Shown here piece by piece: positions 39,606 through 50,192 of a stretch of DNA of 64,000 nt; the stretch's first letter is position 1, and the number at the start of each line of letters is the position of its first letter. The DNA is taken from positions 1 to 64,000 of the IMG/VR virus record IMGVR_UViG_3300033571_014589, one strand, 5' to 3'. The position numbers and the translations under genes are program-made. Origin of the DNA: an uncultured virus (IMG/VR IMGVR_UViG_3300033571_014589) (taxonomy: Duplodnaviria > Heunggongvirae > Uroviricota > Caudoviricetes). The notes beneath the pieces were generated by a model. The model worked only from the letters and a program-made list of their open reading frames with translations. It had not been told where the DNA came from and did no database searches.

Positions 39606-42335
39606 ATGATTACACAAGAAGACATTAAAAAATTTTTAGAGGGGTCAGACCCTGAAGAATTCATTACATCAATTGAATTCGATTATCAAACAGATTACAT
39701 TTACAAAATTAAAGAAGTACCAGGAAAAGGTAAAATCCTTCAGAAGGATAGTTTTATTGCTTTTGCTTGGGTCGGAGATTTAAGAGGTTTGAACTTTTAT
39801 AAAGGTTCAAAAGAACTACAAAAAAGTTCCATGTCGAAATATGGAATTGTAATTGAACAATTAAAAACAATGGGGGATGAAAGATTGGAAAAAGGTTTAA
39901 CCTATATGGTTAAGTCTTTAAAGGGTTATAGACCGTTGATTCAATTTTTTAGAGATGGAGGTTTGGACCCTTGGGGTGAAAATTTAAGGGATAAAATAAT
40001 GATATTACCTCCCGTTGAACAATATTTGGTTCAAAAAGAAAAAAGATTATTTAAAGGATTTGCCGATTATGATGAAGTTACTCGATTAGTATTTGACTTG
40101 GAAACAACTTCTCTTGAACCTAAAGATGGTAGAATTTTCATGATTGGTTTAAAAACAAACAAGGGTTATCATAAGGTAATTGAATGTTTGGAAGAAGAAC
40201 AAGAAAAGGATGCCATCATTGAGTTTTTTAATATTATAAATCAAATAAAACCATCTATCATTGGGGGACATAATTCATTTAACTTCGACTGGCATTGGAT
40301 ATTTGAAAGATGTAAGATTTTGGGTTTGGACATTAAAAAAATATGTCATTCGATGAACCCTGAAAGAACAATTACACAATCAAAACAACTTCTGAAGTTA
40401 GCAAATGAGGTTGAAGATTATATGCAAACTTCAATATGGGGTTATAATATTATTGACATCTTACATTCAGTAAGAAGGGCTCAAGCAATTAATTCAAACA
40501 TTAAAGCTGCGGGTTTGAAATATATTACTAAATACTTAAACGCCGAGGCACAAGACCGTGTATATATTGAACATACTGAAATCGGTTCACTATATAAAAA
40601 GAAAGAAGAATATTGGTTAAATATTACAAACGGAAAATATCGAAAAGTTGGATTAGACTCAAAAATTGATAGTGTATGTGAAAGAAGAAACGACATATAC
40701 ATTAAAACAACAGGTGATAATATTGTTGAAAGATATCTTGATGATGACTTGGAGGAAACTCTATTAGTGGATAAGGAATTTAATCAAGCTTCATTCTTAC
40801 TTGCATCAATGATTCCAACAACGTATGAAAGGGTTTCCACAATGGGAACAGCGACATTATGGCGAATGTTGATGGTTGCCTGGTCATATAAATATGGTTT
40901 AGCAATTCCGCAAAAACAAACTAAAACCGAATTTGTTGGAGGTCTTTCAAGACTGTTAAAAGTTGGATATTCAAAAAACGTTTTGAAGTTAGACTTTAGT
41001 TCACTTTATCCATCAATTCAATTGGTTCATGATGTGTTCCCAAAATGTGACGTAACAGGAGCGATGAAGGCAATGTTGACTTATTTTAGGGATACTAGGA
41101 TTAAGTATAAAAATTTGGCTTCAGAATATAAGACAAAAGATAAAGTTTTGTCACAAACTTACGACAGAAAACAATTACCTATTAAAATTTTTATTAACTC
41201 ACTATTCGGAGCGTTATCCGCCCCTCAAGTATTTCATTGGGGGGATATGTACATGGGTGAACAAATTACGACTACGGGAAGGCAATACCTTAGACAGATG
41301 TTGTATTTCTTTATGAAAAGAGGTTATACCCCATTGGTTTGTGATACGGACGGTATGAACTTTTCACTACCCGAAAATGGTGTTGATGATAGAAGATATG
41401 TTGGTAAAGGAAACAATTGGTTGGTGGAAAAAGGTAAAATTTATGAAGGGTACGAAGCCGATGTTGCAGAGTATAATGATATGTTTATGAAAGGAGCAAT
41501 GGGTCTTGATTGTGATGGAACTTGGAAGTCTTGTATCAACATTGCCAGAAAAAATTACGCAACAATGGAAAATAACGGTAAAATCAAATTAACAGGAAAC
41601 ACAATCAAATCAAAAAAACTACCGTTATATATTGAAGAATTTTTGGATAAGGGTGTTAAAATGTTACTTGATGGGGACGGTAGTGGGTTTGTAGAATATT
41701 ATTATGAATATCTACAAAAAATCACAGATATGAAAATTCCTCTTAAATCAATTGCATCAAGGGCTAAAGTTAAAATGTCTTTAGCCGATTATAAAGTAAG
41801 ATGTACTCAAAAGACAAAAGCCGGTAGTCTGATGTCGAAAATGGCACACTTAGAATTAGCTATTAGAGACGGATTAAACGTTAATTTGGGTGACGTAATT
41901 TATTATGTAAACAACGGTACAAGAGCATCACATGGGGATGTTCAAAAGAAAAACGATTCAGTTGTGATTAATTGTTATAGATTAGACAATGAAGAACTTG
42001 AAAAAAATCCTGATATGCTTGGGGAATATAATGTTCCGAGGGCGGTAACAACATTTAATAAAAGAATTGCTCCATTAATGGTTGTTTTTAAAGATGACGT
42101 TAGGGATTCATTATTGATTGATAATCCTGAAAAACGTGAATTTTTTACTAAAGAACAGTGTGAATTGATAAATGGTTATCCTTTGGAGGATGGTGACCAA
42201 GATGAAATCTCTGATTTGTTGAGTTTATCTGAAAGTGAAAATATATATTGGGAAAAGAGAAGTTTGAACCCTAATTATATCTATGAATTGGCCGAAGAAG
42301 GATGGGAACAACATGTCGATTTAAATAAGAATTAA
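39606..42335 (+). CDS. polB: Family B DNA polymerase
   Basis: VFDLETT, GHNSFNFD, LDFSSLYPS, KIFINSLFG, CDTDG, KNYA. Confidence 0.95.
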   Translation: MITQEDIKKFLEGSDPEEFITSIEFDYQTDYIYKIKEVPGKGKILQKDSFIAFAWVGDLRGLNFYKGSKELQKSSMSKYGIVIEQLKTMGDERLEKGLTYMVKSLKGYRPLIQFFRDGGLDPWGENLRDKIMILPPVEQYLVQKEKRLFKGFADYDEVTRLVFDLETTSLEPKDGRIFMIGLKTNKGYHKVIECLEEEQEKDAIIEFFNIINQIKPSIIGGHNSFNFDWHWIFERCKILGLDIKKICHSMNPERTITQSKQLLKLANEVEDYMQTSIWGYNIIDILHSVRRAQAINSNIKAAGLKYITKYLNAEAQDRVYIEHTEIGSLYKKKEEYWLNITNGKYRKVGLDSKIDSVCERRNDIYIKTTGDNIVERYLDDDLEETLLVDKEFNQASFLLASMIPTTYERVSTMGTATLWRMLMVAWSYKYGLAIPQKQTKTEFVGGLSRLLKVGYSKNVLKLDFSSLYPSIQLVHDVFPKCDVTGAMKAMLTYFRDTRIKYKNLASEYKTKDKVLSQTYDRKQLPIKIFINSLFGALSAPQVFHWGDMYMGEQITTTGRQYLRQMLYFFMKRGYTPLVCDTDGMNFSLPENGVDDRRYVGKGNNWLVEKGKIYEGYEADVAEYNDMFMKGAMGLDCDGTWKSCINIARKNYATMENNGKIKLTGNTIKSKKLPLYIEEFLDKGVKMLLDGDGSGFVEYYYEYLQKITDMKIPLKSIASRAKVKMSLADYKVRCTQKTKAGSLMSKMAHLELAIRDGLNVNLGDVIYYVNNGTRASHGDVQKKNDSVVINCYRLDNEELEKNPDMLGEYNVPRAVTTFNKRIAPLMVVFKDDVRDSLLIDNPEKREFFTKEQCELINGYPLEDGDQDEISDLLSLSESENIYWEKRSLNPNYIYELAEEGWEQHVDLNKN

Positions 42336-42345
42336 AATACTTTTT

Positions 42346-42681
42346 TTATTGATATTTAATTCCATCACTAGATAAAATAAACCAATAACCTCCAATGAAA
42401 TAAAATTCGACACTTGAACCTGAATTTAATTCAATGTCATCATATTTGTCATCGAATTTATTTCTATCAGGTTTTATAATTGTTTTTGTTAAAGATTTAA
42501 TATAAACGTGGTCGGTTGTTGAACTATCCAAAGTGATTTCACAATCGTCCACGTTTTTAACAATTATTATGTGTTCACCTTTTGTTACATAGGTTTTTTC
42601 CGACAAAATTATGCCTTCAGAGGATTCGACCTCAATTCCATTTATAATTCTTTTTGAGGGTATATTCTTTAATATTGGCAT
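42346..42681 (-). CDS. Small beta-rich hypothetical (virion-fibre-like) protein
   Basis: C-terminal I.L..G.SVEF....G.WFILS motif. Confidence 0.55.
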   Translation of the reverse strand: MPILKNIPSKRIINGIEVESSEGIILSEKTYVTKGEHIIIVKNVDDCEITLDSSTTDHVYIKSLTKTIIKPDRNKFDDKYDDIELNSGSSVEFYFIGGYWFILSSDGIKYQ

Positions 42682-43808
42682 TAAATTACGTAGAAATTTC
42701 CAGGGAAAGCTCTAAACTTCAATTGTTTGTTAAGGTTTTCAGCTATTAAAGCTTCTCTTTCCATAACCTTGTCAGGTCTTAATCTCGTTAATTGACCTTC
42801 AGCGCCAATTAGTTCTTCAAGTAGTTTCGCTCTTTCATCTTTCGCCTCAGTAGCCAAAGAAGTATAATCAAGAGTTAATTCTGAATCGGGTGTTTTTAAG
42901 TTTCCACTATACTTTCCCCAAACACGAGAAAGAGTTTCTTTACAATATGCGGTGAACCATCTTCTAACCCATTGTTGTGCAGGAACATTTAATTCAGACC
43001 AAGAAAGTTCTTCTAATGGCACATCTGAAGGTAATTTAACGATGTCAGGGTTTTTTGCTAAACAATCATTTCTATCGCCATCTGTGGTGTCATAATACCA
43101 ATACCAACATCTGTATCTGTTAAATGAAATATTTGAGAAGTCGAATCTACCACCAGGTACGTTATAAAGATGTACAATTTTCTTTCCATCAGGTGCTGCG
43201 GTGATTCTATATGTTAAATCACCAATGATAATTCTTTGTTTGATATTTCTATCTGCCATTCTTAAAAGAACGTCAAATGCTGGCATCATAAAATAACTAC
43301 CACCCACACCAAATTGTGCATATCCTGCGGGTCCACCAAGACCAGTACCTCCGAAACCATATAATCCACCCATGAACGGGTCAAAGAAAGTATCATTTAA
43401 TTCCGCTCTTTGAAACCAAAGAAGTTCGTTAATTTCTCTCCCTGCAGGAATTTCATATAGTTGTTGATTTGGAACCAAATCAAAATAATCTTTTTTCAAG
43501 ACCCAAGGACCACCAGCTTGTAAACCAACAATTTTTGAATACGCATAAGTATATTGGGTTTCCCAATCTAAACTACGAGTAATAAGTGCGTTTGCAACTG
43601 AACGTTCATCCAAATTAAGACCGTTTAATGAAGTCCATTGTGAATCTATCAACCAATTAAGAACATATTGGGTATAATCACCAATAGCAAGTTCCATTAA
43701 CGAATCCATTTGTTCGTCTTCCAATTCAACACCTCTAACGGGTGCTCCAAGAAGATTTCTTATTCTTCTATAAAGTCTGCTTCTTTCGGGTTCTTGTATA
43801 ATAGCCAT
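42681..43808 (-). CDS. Neck/head-tail adaptor protein, gp13-like
   Basis: LGAP...VEL..EQ; WVRRW..A..KE.L..V.GKY; likely start ATG 43808 after TATTTAT. Confidence 0.7.
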   Translation of the reverse strand: MAIIQEPERSRLYRRIRNLLGAPVRGVELEDEQMDSLMELAIGDYTQYVLNWLIDSQWTSLNGLNLDERSVANALITRSLDWETQYTYAYSKIVGLQAGGPWVLKKDYFDLVPNQQLYEIPAGREINELLWFQRAELNDTFFDPFMGGLYGFGGTGLGGPAGYAQFGVGGSYFMMPAFDVLLRMADRNIKQRIIIGDLTYRITAAPDGKKIVHLYNVPGGRFDFSNISFNRYRCWYWYYDTTDGDRNDCLAKNPDIVKLPSDVPLEELSWSELNVPAQQWVRRWFTAYCKETLSRVWGKYSGNLKTPDSELTLDYTSLATEAKDERAKLLEELIGAEGQLTRLRPDKVMEREALIAENLNKQLKFRAFPGNFYVI

Positions 43809-43829
43809 TAACAATAAATATCATAGATA

Positions 43830-45383
43830 TTAAATTTGGCTACTTTTTTCGAACACGTAATTTCCGTCAATTATTTTTGTTGAATTGTTTTTGAAAACAA
43901 TAGTTGTATCGCCATTATTGAACGCAATATAATCTGTTGTATATTTTTTAGGATTACTAACACCATATATAACAACTTCGTTATATGAAAACTTCCTGAT
44001 AGATGAAAAAGGTTTTATTTGTATGGTCTTTTCAACACCATTTTCAATAACAATTGCATCAACCCCTGAAATCATATCTTGTTCACTACCCAAACCACCA
44101 ATTTTTTTTACTTCATCGGTGTTAAATATTTTTTTAAGTTGAATTATTGTGTTATCTTCTCTAATATCACCCAACCTATTTGTTTGTTTTAGTTTTTCAA
44201 AAATTTCTTGAAAGGTTTTTGAAGTTTCAAGATTGAATATTCTATTTTTTAATAACTCCAAATAGTTACAAAATCTTTCAACTTCTTTTATTTGTTGTTG
44301 CTTATCTGATGGTGAAAATGAAATTTTTTCCTTATTTACGGATTTTAAATAAACATTTAAGTCGTTCATTAATATACAGAACGCACTATAGTTTGTGTTA
44401 AGTTTATTTATAACTGACCGTCCTTTTGATTCAAAATCATATATACCTGACATTGAATTGGTTTCATATTCTCCCTTTTCTTTCCAATATTCAGGAAAAA
44501 CATCTTTCAAAATACTGTTTATGGTATGCATAAACTTATATTTTACTTCAGGGTTAGTTGAAAACAATTTATTTATTTCTTTTGTTTGTGTTGAGTTACA
44601 TCCCATACTTTCTCTTGATTCACTTATAATTTGTTTGTAAGACTTTGATTCTTTTATTTCTTTTTCGGTTTTTGACAAATATAACGAATTTACGAATTCC
44701 CAGTTTATTGCGGAAAAGAAATTTTTAACATATTCATCTCTTTTGTTTTGGTATTTTAAATAATATGCATGTTCCCACAAATCTAAACCTAAAATAGGAA
44801 AACCACCGTCTTCAACAATGTTCATTAAAGGATTATCCTGATTTGGTGTTATAACAATTTTTAATTTACCACTTTTTGATATTATTAACCAACACCAACC
44901 TGAACCAAAATTTGATGATGCTTTTTCTATAAAACTTTTCTTAAATTCGTTATAAGAACCAAAATCTTTTTTTATTCTTTCCAAGACCTCACCCTTAATG
45001 GTTTGTTTTGTTGGTGATAACATTTTCCAAAAAAGAGCGTGATTAAACGCACCACCAGCATTATTCCTAACAATTTTATTAAATCTTGAAATACTTCTTA
45101 TGATTTCTTCAAGGTCCATATCAGACCTTTTAATATTTTCAATTGCTTTGTTTAACTTTTCAACGTATCCCTTATAATGTCTATTATAGTGAATATTCAT
45201 TGTCTTAGGGTCAACAAATCTTAATAATGATGAATATGAATATGGTAACTTTTCGATACCAATTTTTTTCATTTCATTTAGAATTTCTTTTTGTTGGGTG
45301 TGTAATTCCTCTGAAAGATTTTCTTTACCTTCCAAAATTGTTTGAATTTCTTCAATTTCCAAATCTAACTTTTTAAGTTCCAT
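43830..45383 (-). CDS. sodA: Fe/Mn superoxide dismutase (Mn-type signatures) fused to a C-terminal PD-(D/E)xK-like domain
   Basis: LPYSY..L, HYNRHY.GY, NNAGG.FNH..FW, FGSGW.W, NQD.P, DLWEHAYY; C-terminal DMISGVD..TIQIKP; likely start ATG 45383 after TATTTAT. Confidence 0.85.
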   Translation of the reverse strand: MELKKLDLEIEEIQTILEGKENLSEELHTQQKEILNEMKKIGIEKLPYSYSSLLRFVDPKTMNIHYNRHYKGYVEKLNKAIENIKRSDMDLEEIIRSISRFNKIVRNNAGGAFNHALFWKMLSPTKQTIKGEVLERIKKDFGSYNEFKKSFIEKASSNFGSGWCWLIISKSGKLKIVITPNQDNPLMNIVEDGGFPILGLDLWEHAYYLKYQNKRDEYVKNFFSAINWEFVNSLYLSKTEKEIKESKSYKQIISESRESMGCNSTQTKEINKLFSTNPEVKYKFMHTINSILKDVFPEYWKEKGEYETNSMSGIYDFESKGRSVINKLNTNYSAFCILMNDLNVYLKSVNKEKISFSPSDKQQQIKEVERFCNYLELLKNRIFNLETSKTFQEIFEKLKQTNRLGDIREDNTIIQLKKIFNTDEVKKIGGLGSEQDMISGVDAIVIENGVEKTIQIKPFSSIRKFSYNEVVIYGVSNPKKYTTDYIAFNNGDTTIVFKNNSTKIIDGNYVFEKSSQI

Positions 45384-45411
45384 TACTATAAATAATTGAA
45401 TTATTGAAAAG

Positions 45412-48315
45412 TTATCTTTTTTGATTAATTCTATCCATAATTTCTCCAACAATTTCAGCTCTATCTAAGTTATCACCCATAACAGTTGCAATGTTTTGTT
45501 TTTTGGTATTAACAATATCATATATTATCCCTTCAATCGCGTTCTCGAAAATTGGATAGTATACGGATACTGAATTTTTTTGACCATAACGATAAGCTCT
45601 ATCTTCCGCCTGAGCCATATCACCAGGAACAAAAGAAAGGTCATTCATTATTACCGCTTCCCCAGCAGTTAATGTTATTCCAACTCCTGCGGCTTTCATA
45701 TTACCAATAAAGATTTTTATCTTATCATCTGTTTGAAACCTATCTACCGCTTCTTGTCTTTGTTTTGGTGAACAAGAACCATTCAAATAAACAGAATTTT
45801 TTGAATAATGATTATGAAGAGATTCTAATGTTTCTGTAAAATTGGTGAAAACAATAACTTTTTTATCCTGTTCGATAATATTATCAATTAATTCTATCGT
45901 TGAATTGATTTTTTCTTTTGCAATTACTTGTCTTACTTTTGTAAGTTTTGTGAACTGAACGGTTAGTGATGAACTTTCATCGGGGTTTTTATCATACCAA
46001 TCATAATATTCTCCCATTAAACTTTCATATTCTTTAGATTTTAATCTTAGGTAAACTGGTGTTATTATTTTTTCAGGAAGGTCCAAGATATCCGTTTTTA
46101 ATCTTCGTAATACTTGTCTTGACGTTCTATCTCTTAATTCCTCAAGGTTAGATGCTCCAGTGACATTCCATATTTTTCTATTACCAACTTTAAACTGATA
46201 ACCATCACAATACCTTTTTACATATGCCATCCAATTTGATGCTACGGGTGATTCCACCAAATTTAAAAGATTATAATAGTTAATTGGTCTTGATGTCATT
46301 GGAGTTCCTGTTAATAACCAAAGTCTATCAACATCTTTCACAAAACTATTAATTAATTTGGTTCTCTTTGCCAAACTATTCTGTACATAGTGAGCCTCAT
46401 CAATAATTATTAAATCAAAATTACTTTTTAATATTAAGGATTCTTGATTTTTTTCCGTACTGTGGAAGTTTTTAACTATGTCGTAATTCATAATTACAAA
46501 ATCCGCATCTTCATATTTTTTACCTTCACAAATATATACTGACCTATCACTATAGTTTTGAATTTCCCTTTGCCAATTAATCTTTAAAGATGCGGGACAT
46601 ATAATTAAAATTTTCTTTGCTCCTGTTTCTAATGCCGCAACAATTGTTGAAGTTGTATTATGAGTTACAATACAATGTTCTGTAACGTATAACTTATCAG
46701 GAGAGTCAACTGAAATACAAACCGCATCCCCTCTACCTTCGAGTTGTATATCTTTAATATACCTTCCAACTTTGTATTTATTAGGGGAGTTATATAATTT
46801 ACACTTTCGTTCAAGTTTGAATGGGTTCATACCACTAGGTAATTTTATATTAACCCTATAGGATTTTTTACCCTTTTTTTTAACTCCATTATGAGTATAA
46901 TTTGTTATTCTATCTTTTTTTCTAGCAATCCCCCCTAAACTATGAACAATTTCAATTACGTCATCACATAGTTTTTCAGATGTTGTGCTAAATTCAGTTC
47001 CTCTGAACTCACCATTTTTACTAACATAACAAGTCCCATCAGTATCCATTAAACCTTTTAAAAGTTCTAATCTATCATTAATTGAAGAATATTTATACGC
47101 ATCAGGAATAAATTTATTATATGAACCACAACCCATTAAATTTAATTTTTTCAAAATTTGTATTACTGGATTAGTAAGTCCTGCTTCTTTTATAATTTTA
47201 TACCCATATTTTGAATTTACTTTTTCAATTATCCGTGAATTTTCAGGTAAAACTTGTTTTATATAATTAATAATTTCATAATCTTTAGTTGTAAAAGAAA
47301 TACTTTTTTGAGTTATACCACCATCTCCTAAGATTAACCCCAACAAGTAAGGATTTAACTCTAATTCACGTGACACAAACTCAATCGGTTTAACCATTGG
47401 TATTTGCCATTTGTTATTACCACCTTTATTTTTAAAATAAGTTTTAAATTTATATTTTCTATTATTGTTATTTTTTTCACCTAATACTTCTAAGGCTAAC
47501 TCTTTATCTAGCATATCGCCTACGGATAATACAATCTCTTTTTTTCTACGAGAGTTATTAGTGTTAATCCCAAAACTGTTTGACATGACCGAAAATAAAT
47601 GTTCTTTACAGACTAAAATAGAAACCCCATCATTGAATGATACTCTGTATAAATCTTTAACCCCTTGTGGGTAAACACCTAAAACTTTACACTTTTTACC
47701 ATTACTACCAATAACTTCATCACCAATTTTTAAATCACCAATTTTTTTTCTACCGTATGGGGTAAATACCATATTTTCAACAAACTCGGCTTTTCCAGCA
47801 CCCATATCGTCTGCCAAAATAAATCTTTTGGTTCTTACTAAACGATTAACCGCTTCTATTTGATGTTTTAATGGAGGTCTATGGGAATACTTTGAAAAAT
47901 CAATTTCTTTGTAATACTCTTCAGGGTTTTTAATAATCGCAACTTTTGGAATCCAAATATCCGTCAAAGGTTCACTTTCAAAAAATTTACCCCATATATG
48001 ATAAGATTTTTCTTTTTCAACCAATAATTTTTCAACCCAAATTTTGTTAGGAGGATTGGTATATAATTTTTCATTTGCAATTTTTTCTGAAAAATATGAA
48101 TCCAATTCAACCCACTTCTTTGCAATTTTTGGTGTTATATTATGAAAGTTTATTATATACTCTGATTGACTTCTTGTTATTTCTTTACTCTTATTAGGTC
48201 CGAAAAGTGATTTTAATCTTAATATATAGTTATTTGCACCATTATAACTCTCTAAAATTTTAAGAGCTTTTTTTTCAAAAACATTTATAGACGACGATTC
48301 GATGTTGTCTGACAT
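45412..48315 (-). CDS. SNF2-family (SF2) helicase containing an intein
   Basis: LADDMGAGK|T, ICPASL..NW, IIDEAH, LTGTP, GVGITLT, QAEDRAYRYGQ. Confidence 0.92.
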   Translation of the reverse strand: MSDNIESSSINVFEKKALKILESYNGANNYILRLKSLFGPNKSKEITRSQSEYIINFHNITPKIAKKWVELDSYFSEKIANEKLYTNPPNKIWVEKLLVEKEKSYHIWGKFFESEPLTDIWIPKVAIIKNPEEYYKEIDFSKYSHRPPLKHQIEAVNRLVRTKRFILADDMGAGKAEFVENMVFTPYGRKKIGDLKIGDEVIGSNGKKCKVLGVYPQGVKDLYRVSFNDGVSILVCKEHLFSVMSNSFGINTNNSRRKKEIVLSVGDMLDKELALEVLGEKNNNNRKYKFKTYFKNKGGNNKWQIPMVKPIEFVSRELELNPYLLGLILGDGGITQKSISFTTKDYEIINYIKQVLPENSRIIEKVNSKYGYKIIKEAGLTNPVIQILKKLNLMGCGSYNKFIPDAYKYSSINDRLELLKGLMDTDGTCYVSKNGEFRGTEFSTTSEKLCDDVIEIVHSLGGIARKKDRITNYTHNGVKKKGKKSYRVNIKLPSGMNPFKLERKCKLYNSPNKYKVGRYIKDIQLEGRGDAVCISVDSPDKLYVTEHCIVTHNTTSTIVAALETGAKKILIICPASLKINWQREIQNYSDRSVYICEGKKYEDADFVIMNYDIVKNFHSTEKNQESLILKSNFDLIIIDEAHYVQNSLAKRTKLINSFVKDVDRLWLLTGTPMTSRPINYYNLLNLVESPVASNWMAYVKRYCDGYQFKVGNRKIWNVTGASNLEELRDRTSRQVLRRLKTDILDLPEKIITPVYLRLKSKEYESLMGEYYDWYDKNPDESSSLTVQFTKLTKVRQVIAKEKINSTIELIDNIIEQDKKVIVFTNFTETLESLHNHYSKNSVYLNGSCSPKQRQEAVDRFQTDDKIKIFIGNMKAAGVGITLTAGEAVIMNDLSFVPGDMAQAEDRAYRYGQKNSVSVYYPIFENAIEGIIYDIVNTKKQNIATVMGDNLDRAEIVGEIMDRINQKR
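46657..47790 (-). mobile_element. Intein (378 aa) with LAGLIDADG homing endonuclease; Ala1, class 3-like
   Basis: Starts AEFVENMVFTP after Walker A GK; ends VCISV..LYVTEHCIVTHN/T; LLGLILGDG and LLKGLMDTDG motifs. Confidence 0.9.
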
Positions 48316-48358
48316 AAATCAATATTAAAAATAATAAATAATAAAGTATTTATCAATA

Positions 48359-48871
48359 ATGGCAAATAAAGTTCCAATTACAAGAATATCAAAATTTTTT
48401 GGTGAAAAAGATTTTCAACTCAATTTATCAATGGGTGAAGAATGGTTATTGGGTGATATGAATTTTACAGTTGTTTTATATCGTGTTGATAGGTCTAAAA
48501 CAAATCAGGATGATGTTTATGGGGAAGCACTCACAAACTCAATAAGTTTTTTACCCCCTGTTGAGGTTAAAGGTTATCTTAAAATAGAAGCCCCCACACA
48601 ACCTGAATTTGGTTCTTCAAGATTAACACAAACCGAACCAGGGAATATGACATTTAGTGTTTATCTACATCATTTAGAGGAGTTAGGTATTCAAATACAA
48701 TATGGTGATTATATCGGGTATGCGGAAACAGAAAGTAGAATGAGGTATTATACTGTTGCGGATGATTCAAGGATTATTTCAGATAATAAACACACTTATG
48801 GTGGTTACAAACCTTTTTATAGAACATTTATTTGTACACCTGTTAGTGAAGATGAATTTAAAGGTATATAA
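48359..48871 (+). CDS. Head closure/neck protein, gp14-like
   Basis: DDVYGEA...F.PPVE; position before the tail terminator and sheath genes. Confidence 0.6.
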   Translation: MANKVPITRISKFFGEKDFQLNLSMGEEWLLGDMNFTVVLYRVDRSKTNQDDVYGEALTNSISFLPPVEVKGYLKIEAPTQPEFGSSRLTQTEPGNMTFSVYLHHLEELGIQIQYGDYIGYAETESRMRYYTVADDSRIISDNKHTYGGYKPFYRTFICTPVSEDEFKGI

Positions 48872-49911
48872 TGGCACTTCCGAAAAAAATAGTTAAAAAT
48901 ATTTCTTTAACACCAAAAAAAATATTGGGTGAAAGAAGAGAAGAATTATTAGAAATGATTCAAAAAGATGGTACTTTTCTACCGAAAGGAATTTATCATG
49001 CCGATTTGGATAGGGGAATGTTGGATTTTGTTAAAAATGATTTAGGGATATCGGTTGACGGAAAAAAAATAAATACAGTTGATGTTATCATCACAACACA
49101 AAATTGGGCTCAATTTACACAAACTTGGAATTTTCAAGATTTGGATACCAATATTTCACCCCCATTTATTGCAACCGTAAGAAAACCTGAAACACCATAT
49201 GGTACAAATCAAGGAACTACCTTTAAAATACCCGGTAGACCAACTTTTCAATATGCGTTGGTTCCAACGTTTGACGGTGTAAGAAATGGTTATGATGTTT
49301 ATAAAATACCTCAACCGACACCTGTTGATATTACTTATGAAATTAAAATTTTCACAAACAGGATGAGAGAACTAAACAAGTTCAATAAAAAAGTATTGGA
49401 AGCGTTTGGCTCAAAACAATTCTATAAAAATATTAATGGTAGGTATATTCCAATTTTATTGGATACAATAACAGATGCATCAGTTAATGACTTAAATAAA
49501 AGAAGATATTATATACAATCATATTCAATGAAAATGTTAGGTGTTTTATTAGATGAAGAACAATTTGAAAGAACTCCCGCAGTTTCAAGAGTCCTTCAAA
49601 TTATGGACGTTGGTGTAAAAACCAAACAAAGAAAAGCTGAAGCACCAAACCCTAATGAAAATACTGTTGATGGTCTTTATCAATTTATTAGCGGTAACAC
49701 ACAATTAACCGATACTTTGTATTATAATTTTGATTATTATTTCATTAAATCAGATAATGTTAATTCATATAATGTCTATATTAATAACAATTTTATAGGA
49801 CAAGATGTAAGTTATTTTCAAGTAAATACAAATGATGTGTTAAGGGTTGAAATATCATTTGATGATGTGACAAAAAATGGTTCTATTTTATTTGAGAAAA
49901 AACTAGTCTAA
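48871..49911 (+). CDS. Tail terminator/sheath stabiliser, gp15-like
   Basis: P.PVDITYEIKIFT..M.ELN motif; synteny. Confidence 0.6.
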   Translation: MALPKKIVKNISLTPKKILGERREELLEMIQKDGTFLPKGIYHADLDRGMLDFVKNDLGISVDGKKINTVDVIITTQNWAQFTQTWNFQDLDTNISPPFIATVRKPETPYGTNQGTTFKIPGRPTFQYALVPTFDGVRNGYDVYKIPQPTPVDITYEIKIFTNRMRELNKFNKKVLEAFGSKQFYKNINGRYIPILLDTITDASVNDLNKRRYYIQSYSMKMLGVLLDEEQFERTPAVSRVLQIMDVGVKTKQRKAEAPNPNENTVDGLYQFISGNTQLTDTLYYNFDYYFIKSDNVNSYNVYINNNFIGQDVSYFQVNTNDVLRVEISFDDVTKNGSILFEKKLV

Positions 49912-50073
49912 AGGTTCTCCGTATATGTCTTTTTTTTCCTGACAATTATTTTTAATTAAACTCTCCAAAAACCCATAAATTTTATAACCTTTTTTGTTAC
50001 AATATTCTTTTAAGAGTTTATGTGACTCTACGGATATTTTGATGTTTTTTATTTTCTTGGGTGTTTTTTCCAT
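49903..50073 (-). CDS. Small putative ribbon-helix-helix DNA-binding protein (56 aa; not in ORF track)
   Basis: MEKTPKKIKNIKISVESHKLLKEYCNKKGYKIYGFLESLIKNNCQEKKDIYGEPLD*; beta-strand-helix-G-helix pattern. Confidence 0.6.
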   Translation of the reverse strand: MEKTPKKIKNIKISVESHKLLKEYCNKKGYKIYGFLESLIKNNCQEKKDIYGEPLD

Positions 50074-50192
50074 AAAGGTAGAAAAAAGGCAGAATTTAAT
50101 CTTACTGAATTATAAATATAATGAATAATACAAGTTTTTTGCTAAAGTTAACAATATTTATGTAAAAATAAATTTTACAAAAACAAAAAATA

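Noticed and set aside
45384..45452. Extended N-terminus of the SOD ORF as called in the track
   Set aside because: It overlaps the helicase 3' end; ATG 45383 directly follows a TATTTAT motif and is the better start.
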